Shown: piece by piece, positions 39,515-50,926 of the stretch
Layout of the letters: each line of letters opens with the position of its first letter
Position numbering within the stretch: position 1 is the first letter of the stretch
From: an uncultured Actinomycetota bacterium
GTDB taxonomy: Bacteria > Actinomycetota > Actinomycetes > Jiangellales > Jiangellaceae
Direction of reading: 5' to 3'
NCBI GenBank assembly: GCA_963801065.1
Contig: CAWDDG010000009.1
Coordinates: 18,721 to 82,720, forward strand
Length of the DNA stretch: 64,000 bases
Program-made: the position numbers and the translations under genes
The notes under the pieces: model-generated
What the model was told of the DNA's origin: nothing
What the model saw: only the letters and a program-made list of their open reading frames with translations
The model's database searches: none

Positions 39515-40347
39515 TCAGGACACGTCACGTCGGCGCAGGACCAGAGCCGAGGCGGCAACGAACGCGACGACATAGAGCGCGAGCGTCAGCAGCGCCCGGC
39601 CGCCCCCGACCGCGGCGATCACGCCCGGCGACGGCGCCCCCACCTGCGCACCAGAGGTGAGTTCCGACACCAGCGAGCCGGCGTTGACGCCGGGCAGGAC
39701 GTCGCGCAGCGGCCGCAGCGCTGTCAGCAGGTCGTCCGCCATGCTCGAGACCAGGTTCTCGATTCCGAGCGCCCACACGACGCCGAGGCCGATCGGCAGC
39801 GCGATACTCCGGAACACGAAGGCCAGCGCCGCACCGAACAGCGCCCACATGGACGTGATCAACCAGCCAGTAGCCACGCCCTCGAGGATGTCCACGATCC
39901 CGGGCCACGATGCAGGCTGCGACTCGAGCGCGCCGATCACTGCACCGACGACCGCACCGACGACGAAGGTCAGCAGCACCACCCCGAGCGCCGCGGCCAC
40001 CACGGCTGCGAGCTTCGCGCCCAGCACGGTCAACCTGGCCGGCCGCTGTGTCAGCAGGGTCTTGAGGGTCCCCCAGCCGTATTCGCTGCCGACCATCAGC
40101 GCGCCCATGATCAACACGATCGCGCCGCCGAACACCGGGGTGCCGCTGAGGGCATTGACCACGAGCTGATCCGGCAACGCCTCGCGTAGAGCGGCCTGCG
40201 CAGTTGCCGGCCCACCATCGTCGGTCAAGTACCCGGCGTACGGCAGGGCGTAGCTGAACAACACCATCAGCACCAGCCACGTCGCCACCAGCACCCACGT
40301 CGCCGGCCGCTTCGACGCCTTCACCAGCTCCGCCAGGAACGCGGACT

Positions 40348-40351
<4 letters not shown>
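39515..40351 (-). CDS. ABC-2 type transporter permease
   Basis: 278 aa with six predicted TM segments. It overlaps the upstream ATPase gene by 4 nt. Confidence 0.8.
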
Positions 40352-41256
<905 letters not shown>

Positions 41257-41361
41257 GCCGTCAAGCCTGCGGATCGCAGTGCCTGGGCGCGTCGCCCGAG
41301 GAGCGGCACGTGGGCTACCGCAATCGGCGCAGGCCGGACCTCGGCCCGTACGCCGACCGGA

Positions 41362-42027
41362 CTACGCGAGCCAGCCGGGCCGGACGAGTCCCGACTCGTA
41401 GGCGGCCACGACGAGCTGGGCGCGGTCGCGGGCGCCGAGCTTGATCATGGCCCGGCTGACGTGGGTCTTCGCGGTGGCCGGGCTCACGAACAGGCGGCCT
41501 CCGATCTCGTCGTTGGTCAGGCCCGCGGCGACGAGCGCCATCACCTCGCGCTCGCGATCGGTCAGGACGTCGAGCTCGCGGGTAGGACCGGGCTCCTTCG
41601 CCCGCGCGGCGTATTCGGCGATGAGCCGGCGCGTGACTCCGGGCGAGAGCAAGGCGTCGCCGCTGGCCACCGTGCGGACGGCGGCGACGAGCTCGGTCGG
41701 CTCCGTGTCCTTGACCAGGAAGCCGCTGGCACCCGTTCGCAGGGCCTCGAATACGTACTCGTCCAGGTCGAACGTGGTGAGGATGATCACCCGCACGCCG
41801 GCCAGTCGGTCGTCGGCGGCGATCCGCCGGGTGGCCTCCAGCCCGTCCATGCCGGGCATCCGAACGTCCATCAGCACGAGGTCGGGTCGAGTCGCCAGGA
41901 TCTCGCGGACAGCCTCGCGGCCGTCCCCCGCCTCCGCAACCACCTCGATGTCGTCCTCGGAGTCGAGCAAGGCCCTGAACCCGGCTCGGACGAGCGCCTG
42001 GTCGTCGGCCAGCACCACCCGGATCAT
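41362..42027 (-). CDS. NarL/LuxR-family response regulator
   Basis: From the ATG at 42027, MIRVVLADDQALVRAGF...DLVLMDVRMPGMDG. It has the C-terminal HTH LTDREREVMALVAAGLTNDEIGGRLFVSPATAKTHVSRAM. Confidence 0.92.
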   Translation of the reverse strand: MIRVVLADDQALVRAGFRALLDSEDDIEVVAEAGDGREAVREILATRPDLVLMDVRMPGMDGLEATRRIAADDRLAGVRVIILTTFDLDEYVFEALRTGASGFLVKDTEPTELVAAVRTVASGDALLSPGVTRRLIAEYAARAKEPGPTRELDVLTDREREVMALVAAGLTNDEIGGRLFVSPATAKTHVSRAMIKLGARDRAQLVVAAYESGLVRPGWLA

Positions 42028-43199
42028 GACGTCTCCTCCAGCGGAAGTACTGCGCGGACTCCGAAGCCCCGCCCCGATCTCGGCCCGGCTGACAGCGTCC
42101 CGCCGACCGCAGCGGCCCGCTCGCGCATGCCGGCGATGCCGGTGCCCTCTCGCGTCCCGGTCGTCGCCGTTCCTCGGCCGTCGTCGTCGACCTCGACGGT
42201 CAGGCTCGTCTGTCCGTACACGACCCGGACGGTCGCCGTCGACGCCCGGGCGTGGCGCACGACGTTGGTGAGCGCCTCTTGGACGATCCGGAACGCCGCC
42301 AGCTCGACGCCGGCCGGCAGGGGACGCGGGTCGCCGTCGATCACGGATCTGACGGCGACACCTGCCTGGCTGGCACGCGCCACCAACTCGTCGACGCGGG
42401 CCAGTCGCGGTGCGGGCCCGCGTGGAGCGCCCTCGTCGACCTGGCGGAGGACGCCGAGGATCGAGCGCAGCTCGACCAGGGCCTCCTTGCTGGCGTCGCG
42501 GATCGTGGTGAGGGCCGCTCGGGCCTGCGCCGGCCGCTCGTCGGCCAGGTGCAGCGCGACGCCCGCCTGCACGTTGATCAGCGAGATGTGGTGCGCGACG
42601 ACGTCGTGCAGCTCTCGGGCGATCCGCAACCGCTCGTCGCCCGTCCGTCGGCGCATCTCCTCGTCCCGGGCCCGCGCAGCCTCCAACGCGCTCTCGCGGC
42701 GCGCCCGGACGACCTCCGCCACGACGAGGACCAGGAGCATCCAACCCGCAACCACGAGCATCAGCTGCCACGACGGTGGCGTGCCGAGGTCGAGGAGATA
42801 CCACAGGCCGAAATGTCCGACGTACAGGACCGCAGCCGCCAGCCACGCGGCCCGCCGGTGCCCTGCGAGCACCGCATAGAACGCCGCGACGACGGCGCTA
42901 ATGATCACCGGGCCGAACGGGTACTGGCGCAGCAGGTAGACCAGCGTGACGGGGATGACGACCGCGAGAACCATGACAGGGGCGCGGCGCAGCCAGCCGA
43001 GCGCGATCGGCCCCGCGAGCAGCAGCGCGAACGCAAGGCCGTCGAGTGCGCGGCGGTCGGGCTGCCCCGACGCAGCTCCGATCGAACCGCCGACCTGGAT
43101 CAGTCCGACCAGGATCGTCAGGTTCCATCGCAGGCCGAGGGGCCAGGCCGTCGCCGCGCTCACCTCGGCACGGTAGGCCTCGGGTTCACGGGACGTCAT
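42024..43199 (-). CDS. HisKA_3-type sensor histidine kinase
   Basis: 391 aa with a multi-TM N-terminus, the H-box RIARELHDVVAHHISLINVQAG and HATPase_c. It overlaps the regulator gene by 4 nt. Confidence 0.88.
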   Translation of the reverse strand: MTSREPEAYRAEVSAATAWPLGLRWNLTILVGLIQVGGSIGAASGQPDRRALDGLAFALLLAGPIALGWLRRAPVMVLAVVIPVTLVYLLRQYPFGPVIISAVVAAFYAVLAGHRRAAWLAAAVLYVGHFGLWYLLDLGTPPSWQLMLVVAGWMLLVLVVAEVVRARRESALEAARARDEEMRRRTGDERLRIARELHDVVAHHISLINVQAGVALHLADERPAQARAALTTIRDASKEALVELRSILGVLRQVDEGAPRGPAPRLARVDELVARASQAGVAVRSVIDGDPRPLPAGVELAAFRIVQEALTNVVRHARASTATVRVVYGQTSLTVEVDDDGRGTATTGTREGTGIAGMRERAAAVGGTLSAGPRSGRGFGVRAVLPLEETS

Positions 43200-43277
43200 C
43201 CGCCGTGGCGCCGATCCGCCACTACACCAGGCGGCGTACGCGAAGGGTGCATCAGGATCAGCAACCCACGACCCTCG

Positions 43278-44375
43278 TCAGGTGCGCCAGAGCAGCACTA
43301 GCGCGCGGTCGTCGGAGGTCGACGCGCCGACGGCATCGATGAGCTTGCGGGCGCCATGCCTGAAGCCCTTGGCCACGAGCCGCTCGGCCTCGCCCTGCAG
43401 CTTGTCGATGCCGTCGGTGAGGTCGCGGCGCGGCGTCTCGACGAGGCCATCGGTGTAGAGCAGCAATGCATCGCCAGACCCGAGGCGGCCCGTGGAAGGC
43501 ACGTACTCGTCCTTCTCGAAGACGCCGAGCAGGCCACCCGTCGCGTCGAGCGTGCGCCATCGGCCGGAACCGGCGTGGAAAATGACCGCGGGCGGATGAC
43601 CAGCCGAACGAACCTCGAACTCCCCAGTGCCCAGATTGACGACCAGGTACACGGCGGTCGCGAACCCCTCCGCCCACTCCTGCCGCAGGAGGTAGGCATT
43701 GGCCGCCGGGAGGAACTCGGCCGGCGGCAGCGACCCGAGCAGGCCACCGAAGGCGCCGGACAGTAGCAGCGCCCGGGTGCCGGCACTCAGACCCTTGCCC
43801 GACACGTCGATGAGCGCGACTTCGAGCACCATGCCACCGGGGGACCGCGATGCCACCAGGAAGTCGCCGGAGAACGTGGAGCGCCCGGCCGACCTGTGCA
43901 CGACCTCGACCTCCCAGCCACGCGGCAGTGCGGGCATTTCGCCCTGCGCGCGGAGCCGATCCTTGAGGTCCACGAGCATCGACTCGCCGACCGTTCCCTG
44001 CACGCCCAGCCGGGCCCGTGACCGGGCCGATCCGAACGCCACGACGGCCGTCACGCCGACCACGAGCACGTTGCCGAGGTAGAGCTCGTCGACGCCGTGG
44101 GCCGCGCCGTCGGCGACCAGGGCCACCGCGGTGGCCACGATGAGCACCAGCAGCGAGGGCACCTGGAGCGCGACGCCTCCGAGCAGCACCGGGATGACGA
44201 GCAGGCCCGCCGGGACCGACTCGGGGAAGGACAAGTGCAGCAGGTAGAAGGCCGCGACGCCGAGCACAAGGAAGATCAACGCCACCGGCTCGCGAGAAAG
44301 CCAGTTGCCGATCCGGGACGTCGCCCCCCTCCCGGCCGGCCGGCTCACGACGATCCGGTCGGAACTCCACGTCAC
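43278..44375 (-). CDS. membrane-anchored PP2C/SpoIIE-family phosphatase
   Basis: This is the C-terminal 365 aa of ORF 43278..44834. It has TM helices followed by ...FSGDFLVA...ALIDVSGKG...LLLYTDGLVE.... The GTG at 44375 lies 6 nt after a -10-like TACTGT (44382-44387), so the transcript is probably leaderless. Confidence 0.78.
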   Translation of the reverse strand: MTWSSDRIVVSRPAGRGATSRIGNWLSREPVALIFLVLGVAAFYLLHLSFPESVPAGLLVIPVLLGGVALQVPSLLVLIVATAVALVADGAAHGVDELYLGNVLVVGVTAVVAFGSARSRARLGVQGTVGESMLVDLKDRLRAQGEMPALPRGWEVEVVHRSAGRSTFSGDFLVASRSPGGMVLEVALIDVSGKGLSAGTRALLLSGAFGGLLGSLPPAEFLPAANAYLLRQEWAEGFATAVYLVVNLGTGEFEVRSAGHPPAVIFHAGSGRWRTLDATGGLLGVFEKDEYVPSTGRLGSGDALLLYTDGLVETPRRDLTDGIDKLQGEAERLVAKGFRHGARKLIDAVGASTSDDRALVLLWRT

Positions 44376-44589
44376 GGCGCGACAGTAGCGGTACGGGGGC
44401 CGCGGCTGAATAGTGGAACCGTTCGGTCGTGCTTCCGCCGAGACCGCCGTACGGTTGGCGGCATGGCAGACCGCGGAAAGGTGACGCCGAGGCGCATGGA
44501 CCACGTCGATCGCAGGTCTCAGGTCGGCGTGTCCGGGGCAATGCGGTCCCGCGACGTGTCCCGGCCGGACGACGCCCTGGTCGCCGAGG

Positions 44590-45090
44590 TCACGCGCCAG
44601 GACCAGCCGGATCCGGAGCCGCTCTCGGAAGGGGCGGAAGCTCGCCGGTCTCCTCGTAGCGGGTGAGCATCCCGATCCGGCGAGCGTGCCGCTCGGCGCC
44701 GGAGAACTGCGTGGTGAGGAAGATCTCGACGAAGCGAGCGACGTCGTCGAACGCATGCATCCGGGCACCGACGGCGAGCACCCGCGCGTCGTTGTGCTCC
44801 CGTGCGAGCCGCGCGGTCTCCTCGTTCCAGGCAAGAGCCGCGCGCACGCCCCGCACCTTGTTGGCGGCCATCTGCTCGCCGTTGCCCGATCCGCCGATCA
44901 CGAGCCCGAGGCTGCCACCGTCGCGGGAGACAGCCTCCGCCGCGCGGAGACAGAAGACCGGATAGTCGTCACTCTCGTGGTAGGCGAAGGCGCCGTGGTC
45001 GACGACCTCGTGGCCCTGCCCGCGTAGCACCTCGGCTAGCCCGTTCTTGACCTCGAAGCCGGCGTGGTCGGAGCCCAGGTGGACGCGCAT
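44590..45090 (-). CDS. rpiB: ribose-5-phosphate isomerase B
   Basis: From the ATG at 45090, MRVHLGSDHAGFEVKN...LGLVIGGSGNGEQMAANKVRGVRAAL, a canonical RpiB/LacAB fold. Confidence 0.92.
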   Translation of the reverse strand: MRVHLGSDHAGFEVKNGLAEVLRGQGHEVVDHGAFAYHESDDYPVFCLRAAEAVSRDGGSLGLVIGGSGNGEQMAANKVRGVRAALAWNEETARLAREHNDARVLAVGARMHAFDDVARFVEIFLTTQFSGAERHARRIGMLTRYEETGELPPLPRAAPDPAGPGA

Positions 45091-45249
45091 GGCGGACATC
45101 CTGCCAGCGACCCCCCGGGACGGCGGGCCTTCACCAGGCGAAGCGGCGCTTCTCCAGGCAGACGAGGGTGGCGACGCGCGGGGCCGGGTGGTGCACATGG
45201 TCAAACCCAGCCTTCGCGCGCACGTGCATGATCTGCCAAGATCGAGCGC

Positions 45250-47847
45250 ATGCCTGGAATCAACCTCACCCGCGACGAGACCCGTGAGCGCGCAGCGCTC
45301 GTCGACGTCCAGTCGTACCAGGTCGGGCTCGACCTCACGACCGGTGAGAAGACGTTCACGTCGACCACGACCATCCGGTTCACCTGCAGCGAGAAGGGTG
45401 CGAGCACATGGCTCGACCTGATCGCGCCGACCGTCGGGGAGGTCGTCCTCAACGGCACGTCGCTCGATCCCCTCACGGTGTTCGACGGCAACCGGATCCG
45501 GCTCGAAGGGCTGAAGCCCAAGAACGAGGTGCGTGTCGTCGCCGAGGCGGCCTACATGCACACCGGCGAAGGGCTGCACCGGTTTGTCGACCCGGTCGAC
45601 AGCGAGGTGTACGTCTACAGCCAATTCGAGGTAGCCGACGCGCGACGGGTGTTCGCCTGCTTCGAGCAGCCCGATCTCAAGGCCACGTTCGCCTTCACCG
45701 TGACGGCACCGGGCCATTGGGAGGTCGTGTCGAACTCGCCCACGCCGGAGCCGTCAGACGTCGGCGACGACGGTACGGTCAAGCTCTGGACGTTCGAGGC
45801 CACGCCCCGGATGTCGACCTACATCACCGCGCTGGTCGCAGGGCCGTACCACGCAGCCCGTGGCGAGTACGTCGGCAAGGAGAAGACGATCCCGCTCGGC
45901 CTGTTCTGCCGGCGGTCGCTCGCTGAGCACCTCGATGCCGACGAGCTCTTCGACCTCACGCGCAGGGGTTTCGCCTTCTTCGAGGACGTGTTCGGCCTGG
46001 CATACCCGTTCGCCAAGTACGACCAGCTCTTCGTCCCCGAGTACAACGCCGGAGCGATGGAGAACGCGGGCTGCGTCACGTTCCACGAGGACTACGTTTT
46101 CCGCAGCCGCGTCACCGACGCCGCGTACGAGCGGCGCGCCGAGACGATCCTGCACGAGATGGCGCACATGTGGTTCGGCGACCTCGTGACCATGCGCTGG
46201 TGGGACGATCTGTGGCTCAACGAGTCGTTCGCCACCTGGGCGAGCCTGCTGTCCCAGTCCGAAGCGACGCGATGGACCGAGGCATGGACGACGTTCGCGG
46301 TGTCCCAGAAGCTCTGGGCCCTGCGGCAGGATCAGCTGCCCTCGACGCACCCGATCTCGGCGGACATCCGTGATCTCGACGACGTCCAGGTCAACTTCGA
46401 CGGCATCACCTACGCCAAGGGCGCGAGCGTGTTGAAGCAGCTCGTGGCATGGGTCGGACGCGACGAGTTCCTCGCCGGGGTACGCGCATACTTTGCCGAG
46501 CACACCTGGGGAAACACCGAGCTGGCGGACCTGTTCCGGCACCTCGAGCAGACCAGCGGGCGCGACCTCAGCGCATGGGGCCAGCAGTGGCTGCAGACCG
46601 CCGGCGTGAACACGCTCGCGCCGCAGGTCGAGGTCGGAGAAGACGGCGACTATACGGCGGTGCGAGTTCTACAGAGCGCCGCGCCGGAGCACCCCACACT
46701 GCGAGGTCACCGCGTGGCGATCGGCCTCTACGACGAGACACCCGACGGGCTCGTACGCCGGCACCGGGTCGAGCTCGACCTCGACGGCGAAAGTACCCAG
46801 GTACCCGAACTGGTCGGTGAGCAGCAGCCAGACCTGCTCCTGCTCAACGACGACGACCTGACGTTCGCCAAGATCAGGCTCGACGACCGGTCGAGGCAGA
46901 CGGTCGTCCGCGACATCGGCCGGCTGTCGTCCTCGCTGGCCCGCGCCCTGTGCTGGACGGCGGCCACCGACATGCTTCGCGACGCGGAATTCCCGGCCCG
47001 GGAGTACCTCGAGCTGGTCCTCGGCGGCGTCCAGCGCGAGACCGACATCTCGGTCGTCCAGACACTGCTCGCCGCAGCACGCAACGCGATCACCATGTAC
47101 GCCGACCCGCCCGACCGGCTGATGCTCTCGGCCCGGTGGTCCAGCGCACTGCGGCGGATGGCCGGTGCCGCCGATCCGGGCAGCGACGCGCAGCTCGCGT
47201 TCACCCGTGGGTGGGCTGCGGTGGCCGCGAGCCCGGACCACGTCGCCGAGATCGAAGTGCTCCTCGGTACCGAAGACGGGGGCGACGTACTCCCCGGGCT
47301 GAAGGTCGACACAGACCTGCGCTGGAGCCTGCTGCACCGCCTCGCCGTGCTCGGAGCGGCAGGTGCCGCCGAAATCGACGCAGAACTAGCCCGCGACGAC
47401 ACCGCGACCGGCCGGAGGCAGGCCGCATATGCCCGGGCCGCCTTGCCGACCGCCGCGGCCAAGGAGGAGGCGTGGGCGCAGGCGGTCGAATCCGACGAGC
47501 TTCCGAACGCCCTGCTCATCGCCACCACCGAAGGGTTCGCGCAACCCGAGCAGCGTGAGTTGGTCCGGCCGTACGTCGACCGGTACCTCGAGGTCGTACC
47601 GGAGGTATGGGCCCAGCGCACGAGCGACATGGCCAGGCGCATCCTGGTCGGCTTCTTCCCGCGACTGCTCACCGACCACGAGACAGCTGAGAAGGTGCGA
47701 GCCTGGCTGGCATCCACCGACGTCCCGCCGGCCCCGCGTCGGCTGGTCGTGGAAGGGCTGGCCGACCTCGACCGGGCCCTACGCGCCCAAGCGTGCGACC
47801 GCGAAGCCGGCCAGGCACCCACGACCCTCAGGTCGACCGTCGGTTGA
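45250..47847 (+). CDS. pepN: aminopeptidase N (M1 family)
   Basis: 865 aa with the GAMEN motif (YNAGAMENAG) and zinc site HEMAHMWFGDLVTMRWWDDLWLNESFA. Confidence 0.95.
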   Translation: MPGINLTRDETRERAALVDVQSYQVGLDLTTGEKTFTSTTTIRFTCSEKGASTWLDLIAPTVGEVVLNGTSLDPLTVFDGNRIRLEGLKPKNEVRVVAEAAYMHTGEGLHRFVDPVDSEVYVYSQFEVADARRVFACFEQPDLKATFAFTVTAPGHWEVVSNSPTPEPSDVGDDGTVKLWTFEATPRMSTYITALVAGPYHAARGEYVGKEKTIPLGLFCRRSLAEHLDADELFDLTRRGFAFFEDVFGLAYPFAKYDQLFVPEYNAGAMENAGCVTFHEDYVFRSRVTDAAYERRAETILHEMAHMWFGDLVTMRWWDDLWLNESFATWASLLSQSEATRWTEAWTTFAVSQKLWALRQDQLPSTHPISADIRDLDDVQVNFDGITYAKGASVLKQLVAWVGRDEFLAGVRAYFAEHTWGNTELADLFRHLEQTSGRDLSAWGQQWLQTAGVNTLAPQVEVGEDGDYTAVRVLQSAAPEHPTLRGHRVAIGLYDETPDGLVRRHRVELDLDGESTQVPELVGEQQPDLLLLNDDDLTFAKIRLDDRSRQTVVRDIGRLSSSLARALCWTAATDMLRDAEFPAREYLELVLGGVQRETDISVVQTLLAAARNAITMYADPPDRLMLSARWSSALRRMAGAADPGSDAQLAFTRGWAAVAASPDHVAEIEVLLGTEDGGDVLPGLKVDTDLRWSLLHRLAVLGAAGAAEIDAELARDDTATGRRQAAYARAALPTAAAKEEAWAQAVESDELPNALLIATTEGFAQPEQRELVRPYVDRYLEVVPEVWAQRTSDMARRILVGFFPRLLTDHETAEKVRAWLASTDVPPAPRRLVVEGLADLDRALRAQACDREAGQAPTTLRSTVG

Positions 47848-47877
47848 CCGGCCGCGAACCCGACCAGGACGCCACGA

Positions 47878-48759
47878 TCAACGGGCGGAGTCCGGGCTGG
47901 GGGCCCGATCGCGGGTCGCCGGCACCACCTCTTCGGCGAAGCGGCGAAGCTGGTCAGGGCCGTCGCCCCAGAAGATCAGCGTGTCCGCCCGGTGCTCGGC
48001 CACCAGTCCGGCCAGCTGATCACCCCACTGGTCGGCGGGACCGCGCAGGAAGCCCTCGGAGGACCCGTCGGTGATGGTGCCGTTGACATTGAAGACCCGA
48101 CGGATCTCGGACGGGTCGCGACCCGCCGCGGCCGCGCCGTCGTCGACCCGGTCGTTGAGCTCGCCCAGCCTTGCGAGGATGTCACCGCGGATCGAGGGGA
48201 CCCAGCCGTTTGCGAGCCGACCCGTCAGCCGCAGCGCCCTTGGTCCGAACGCGCCCACCCAGATGCCGATGTCGTGCACCGGCAGAGGCCCGGAGTGGAC
48301 GCCGCGCAGGTGGTAGTAGTCGCCTTCGAAGCGCAGCCCGCGTTCACCGCTCCAGATCTGCCGGATCACCTCGATGCCCTCGGCGAGCTGGTCGAGCGAC
48401 TCCCCCGGCGTGCGCCGGACGCCGCCGTAGCCCTCGATGGCGTCCCAGAAGCCGCCGGCCCCGATCCCGAGCTCGAACCGTCCACCGGACAGGACGTCGA
48501 GCGTCGCCGCGGTCTTCGCCAGCACACCGGGCGGCCGGAGCGGAAGGCACGCGACGTCAGGGAACACCCGGAGCCTGGTCGTGGTCGCCAGGATCGCGCT
48601 CATCAGCGCGAACGTGTCGACGAATCGCCGCTGGTACGGGTGGTCCTGGACGGCGACGTAGTCCAGACCCAGCCGCTCCGCCTCCCGCGCCGTCTCGAGT
48701 AGAGGGTCCGCGGCGTTCGGGACGAGGAAGTAGCCGAACGTCAGAGCACCACGCGCCAT
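47878..48759 (-). CDS. LLM-class flavin-dependent oxidoreductase (possibly F420-dependent)
   Basis: 293 aa, luciferase-like, with ...LGLDYVAVQDHPY..., GRFELGIGAGG. The cofactor cannot be assigned from sequence alone. Confidence 0.82.
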   Translation of the reverse strand: MARGALTFGYFLVPNAADPLLETAREAERLGLDYVAVQDHPYQRRFVDTFALMSAILATTTRLRVFPDVACLPLRPPGVLAKTAATLDVLSGGRFELGIGAGGFWDAIEGYGGVRRTPGESLDQLAEGIEVIRQIWSGERGLRFEGDYYHLRGVHSGPLPVHDIGIWVGAFGPRALRLTGRLANGWVPSIRGDILARLGELNDRVDDGAAAAGRDPSEIRRVFNVNGTITDGSSEGFLRGPADQWGDQLAGLVAEHRADTLIFWGDGPDQLRRFAEEVVPATRDRAPSPDSAR

Positions 48760-48832
48760 CGTCAGGTCCTTTCGACCGCTCGATCGTCTCGCGGAACCCG
48801 CCTTCCGACCGACCTATTCCGCACCGGCCGCG

Positions 48833-50257
48833 TCACCAGACGGGCGGACGAACGTCGCGCCACGGCCGTGCCTCCTCGAGCCGAACCGCGACGGCGAGCA
48901 GGATCTCTTCCGAGCCGTGCCGGCCGCCGAGCATGACGCCGACCGGGATCGTCGTGCCGCCGATCTCGGTGCGATGCAGCGGCAGGCTGATCGCCGGCCA
49001 GCCGGTGAGGTTCCAGACGCTGGTCCACGGTGTGAACTCGGTCTGCGCTGCGAAGTCGCCAGCCGGGTCGGCGTCGTCACGCAGCTCACCGACGCGTACG
49101 GGGGGCCTGGCCAGCGTAGGCGAGACGATGACGTCGTACGGAGCCCACGCCGTGGCAGCCTCTCGGGTCGTCGTCTGGACGCCCGAGATCGCCTGGGCGT
49201 ACGCCAACCCGGAGACCGATCGGCCCTTGTCGCGCAGCCATCGGGTCAGTGGCACCAGCAGATGCTCGCGCTCGGGTGGGACGGGCGCCATCAACGACAT
49301 CACCGACCAGATGGCCTCGAACGACGCCCACCGCTCGGCCGGGAACGGAACCGGCGCTTCGTCGACGTGGTGACCGAGTTGTTCGAGCGTGGCAGCCGTC
49401 TCGCCCACGGCTTCGACGCAGGCGGCGTGGACCGGCGCGCCGGCGGCGATGACCGGCGTGGTGAGGACGCCGATCCGGAGGGTGCCCGGGTTGCGGTCGC
49501 AGGCGGCCAGGAAGCTCGTCGGGGGACCGGCGACGACGTGCAGGTCACCGGGCCGTGGCCGGGCCAGGACGTCGAGCACCGCGGCGGTGTCGCGGACGTC
49601 GCGGGTGAGAGCACCGTTCACGGCCAACCCGGCGCCCTCGACGTTGTACGGACCAGGGCTGACGCGTCCACGTGTCGGCTTGAGCCCCACGAGCCCGCAG
49701 GAGCTCGCCGGGATCCGGATCGAGCCACCGCCGTCCGACCCCTGCGCGACAGGGACGATCCCAGCGGCCACAGCAGCGGCCGCTCCCCCGCTGGATCCTC
49801 CCGCCGAGCGGGTCAGGTCCCACGGCGTCCGGGCGGGCGGCGCGACGTCCGGCTCGGTGTAGCACGGCAGGCCGAACTCGGGCGTGGTGGTCTTGCCGAC
49901 CATGAGGGTCCCGGCTTCGCGCAGCAACGTGGTCACGCCGTCGTCCACGGGTGCGACGAAGTCGGCGAACGCGGCGCTCCCCACGCCGAGCGCGACGCCG
50001 GCGACCATCGTGAGGTCCTTGATCGGGCAGGGGACGCCAAGCAACGGCGGCGGCTCTCCACCGTCGAGGATGACCTTCTCGGCAGCCCTGGCCTGCTCTC
50101 GAGCCAGATCGGGGGTAAGCGTCACGAAGGCGCCAACCCGCTCCCCGAGCTCATCGGCGCGCTCGAGTGTGCGGTCGAGTGCCTCGGTCGGAGAGACCTC
50201 GCGACGCCTGATCGCTGCCGCGAGCTCGAGCGCCGTCAGTTCATGGATCTCGGTCAT
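48833..50257 (-). CDS. amidase (amidase-signature family)
   Basis: From the ATG at 50257 (MTEIHELTALELAAAIRRREVSP...). It has the AS signature GGSSGGAAAAVAAG...GSDGGGSIRIPAS. Confidence 0.9.
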   Translation of the reverse strand: MTEIHELTALELAAAIRRREVSPTEALDRTLERADELGERVGAFVTLTPDLAREQARAAEKVILDGGEPPPLLGVPCPIKDLTMVAGVALGVGSAAFADFVAPVDDGVTTLLREAGTLMVGKTTTPEFGLPCYTEPDVAPPARTPWDLTRSAGGSSGGAAAAVAAGIVPVAQGSDGGGSIRIPASSCGLVGLKPTRGRVSPGPYNVEGAGLAVNGALTRDVRDTAAVLDVLARPRPGDLHVVAGPPTSFLAACDRNPGTLRIGVLTTPVIAAGAPVHAACVEAVGETAATLEQLGHHVDEAPVPFPAERWASFEAIWSVMSLMAPVPPEREHLLVPLTRWLRDKGRSVSGLAYAQAISGVQTTTREAATAWAPYDVIVSPTLARPPVRVGELRDDADPAGDFAAQTEFTPWTSVWNLTGWPAISLPLHRTEIGGTTIPVGVMLGGRHGSEEILLAVAVRLEEARPWRDVRPPVW

Positions 50258-50354
50258 GTTGCCAAGGTATGAGAACCTCGCCGATCCCGGACCGCCGCGT
50301 GGTGGAGATCTCGGCATCGGGTTAGATGGAAACGCCCCGAGGGATGGTCACGCC

Positions 50355-50843
50355 ATGAGCACAATGCCGCCAGAGTCGAGTAGCGCGCCCGCGCCGAGGC
50401 CGTCGTCCTCGATTCTGGCAGCGGTCAAGCTGATGCAGGTGGGCGCCGGCCTCTCGCTGCTCGGCATGCTGTTCGGGCTGACGACCCGCGATGCCATGCG
50501 TGACCAGCTGATCGAGGACAACCCCGACATGAGTGCCGGCGAACTCGACCAGGCCGTCAACGTGGCGACCGGGGTGGGCGTCGTGATCGGGCTCATCGCG
50601 GTCGGTCTCTGGCTGTGGATGGCTCAGACCAACGGGCGCGGCCTCGCGTGGGCGCGAATCGTCGCCACCGTCCTGTTCGGCCTCAACATCGTCTTCACGC
50701 TGTACAACGTGAGCCAGACCACGGGGTTCGGTGTCGTCATCAGCATCGTGTCCATCGTTCTCGCCGGCGCGATCCTGTGGTTGCTCTATCAGCAGGACGC
50801 CAGCGAGTACTACGGCGCGGTCTCGGCCAGGATCGGCGCCTGA
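50355..50843 (+). CDS. hypothetical membrane protein (paralog A)
   Basis: This is the in-frame part of ORF 49884..50843 from the ATG at 50355. It is 162 aa with four predicted TM helices and is a paralog of the next gene. Confidence 0.65.
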   Translation: MSTMPPESSSAPAPRPSSSILAAVKLMQVGAGLSLLGMLFGLTTRDAMRDQLIEDNPDMSAGELDQAVNVATGVGVVIGLIAVGLWLWMAQTNGRGLAWARIVATVLFGLNIVFTLYNVSQTTGFGVVISIVSIVLAGAILWLLYQQDASEYYGAVSARIGA

Positions 50844-50926
50844 CCGTTCCGCCACCCGGCATATTCCTCTAACCTGTGACGCCGACGTCCAGCGTGTGAC
50901 GCGACACGGAAGGGAACTCTCATCCC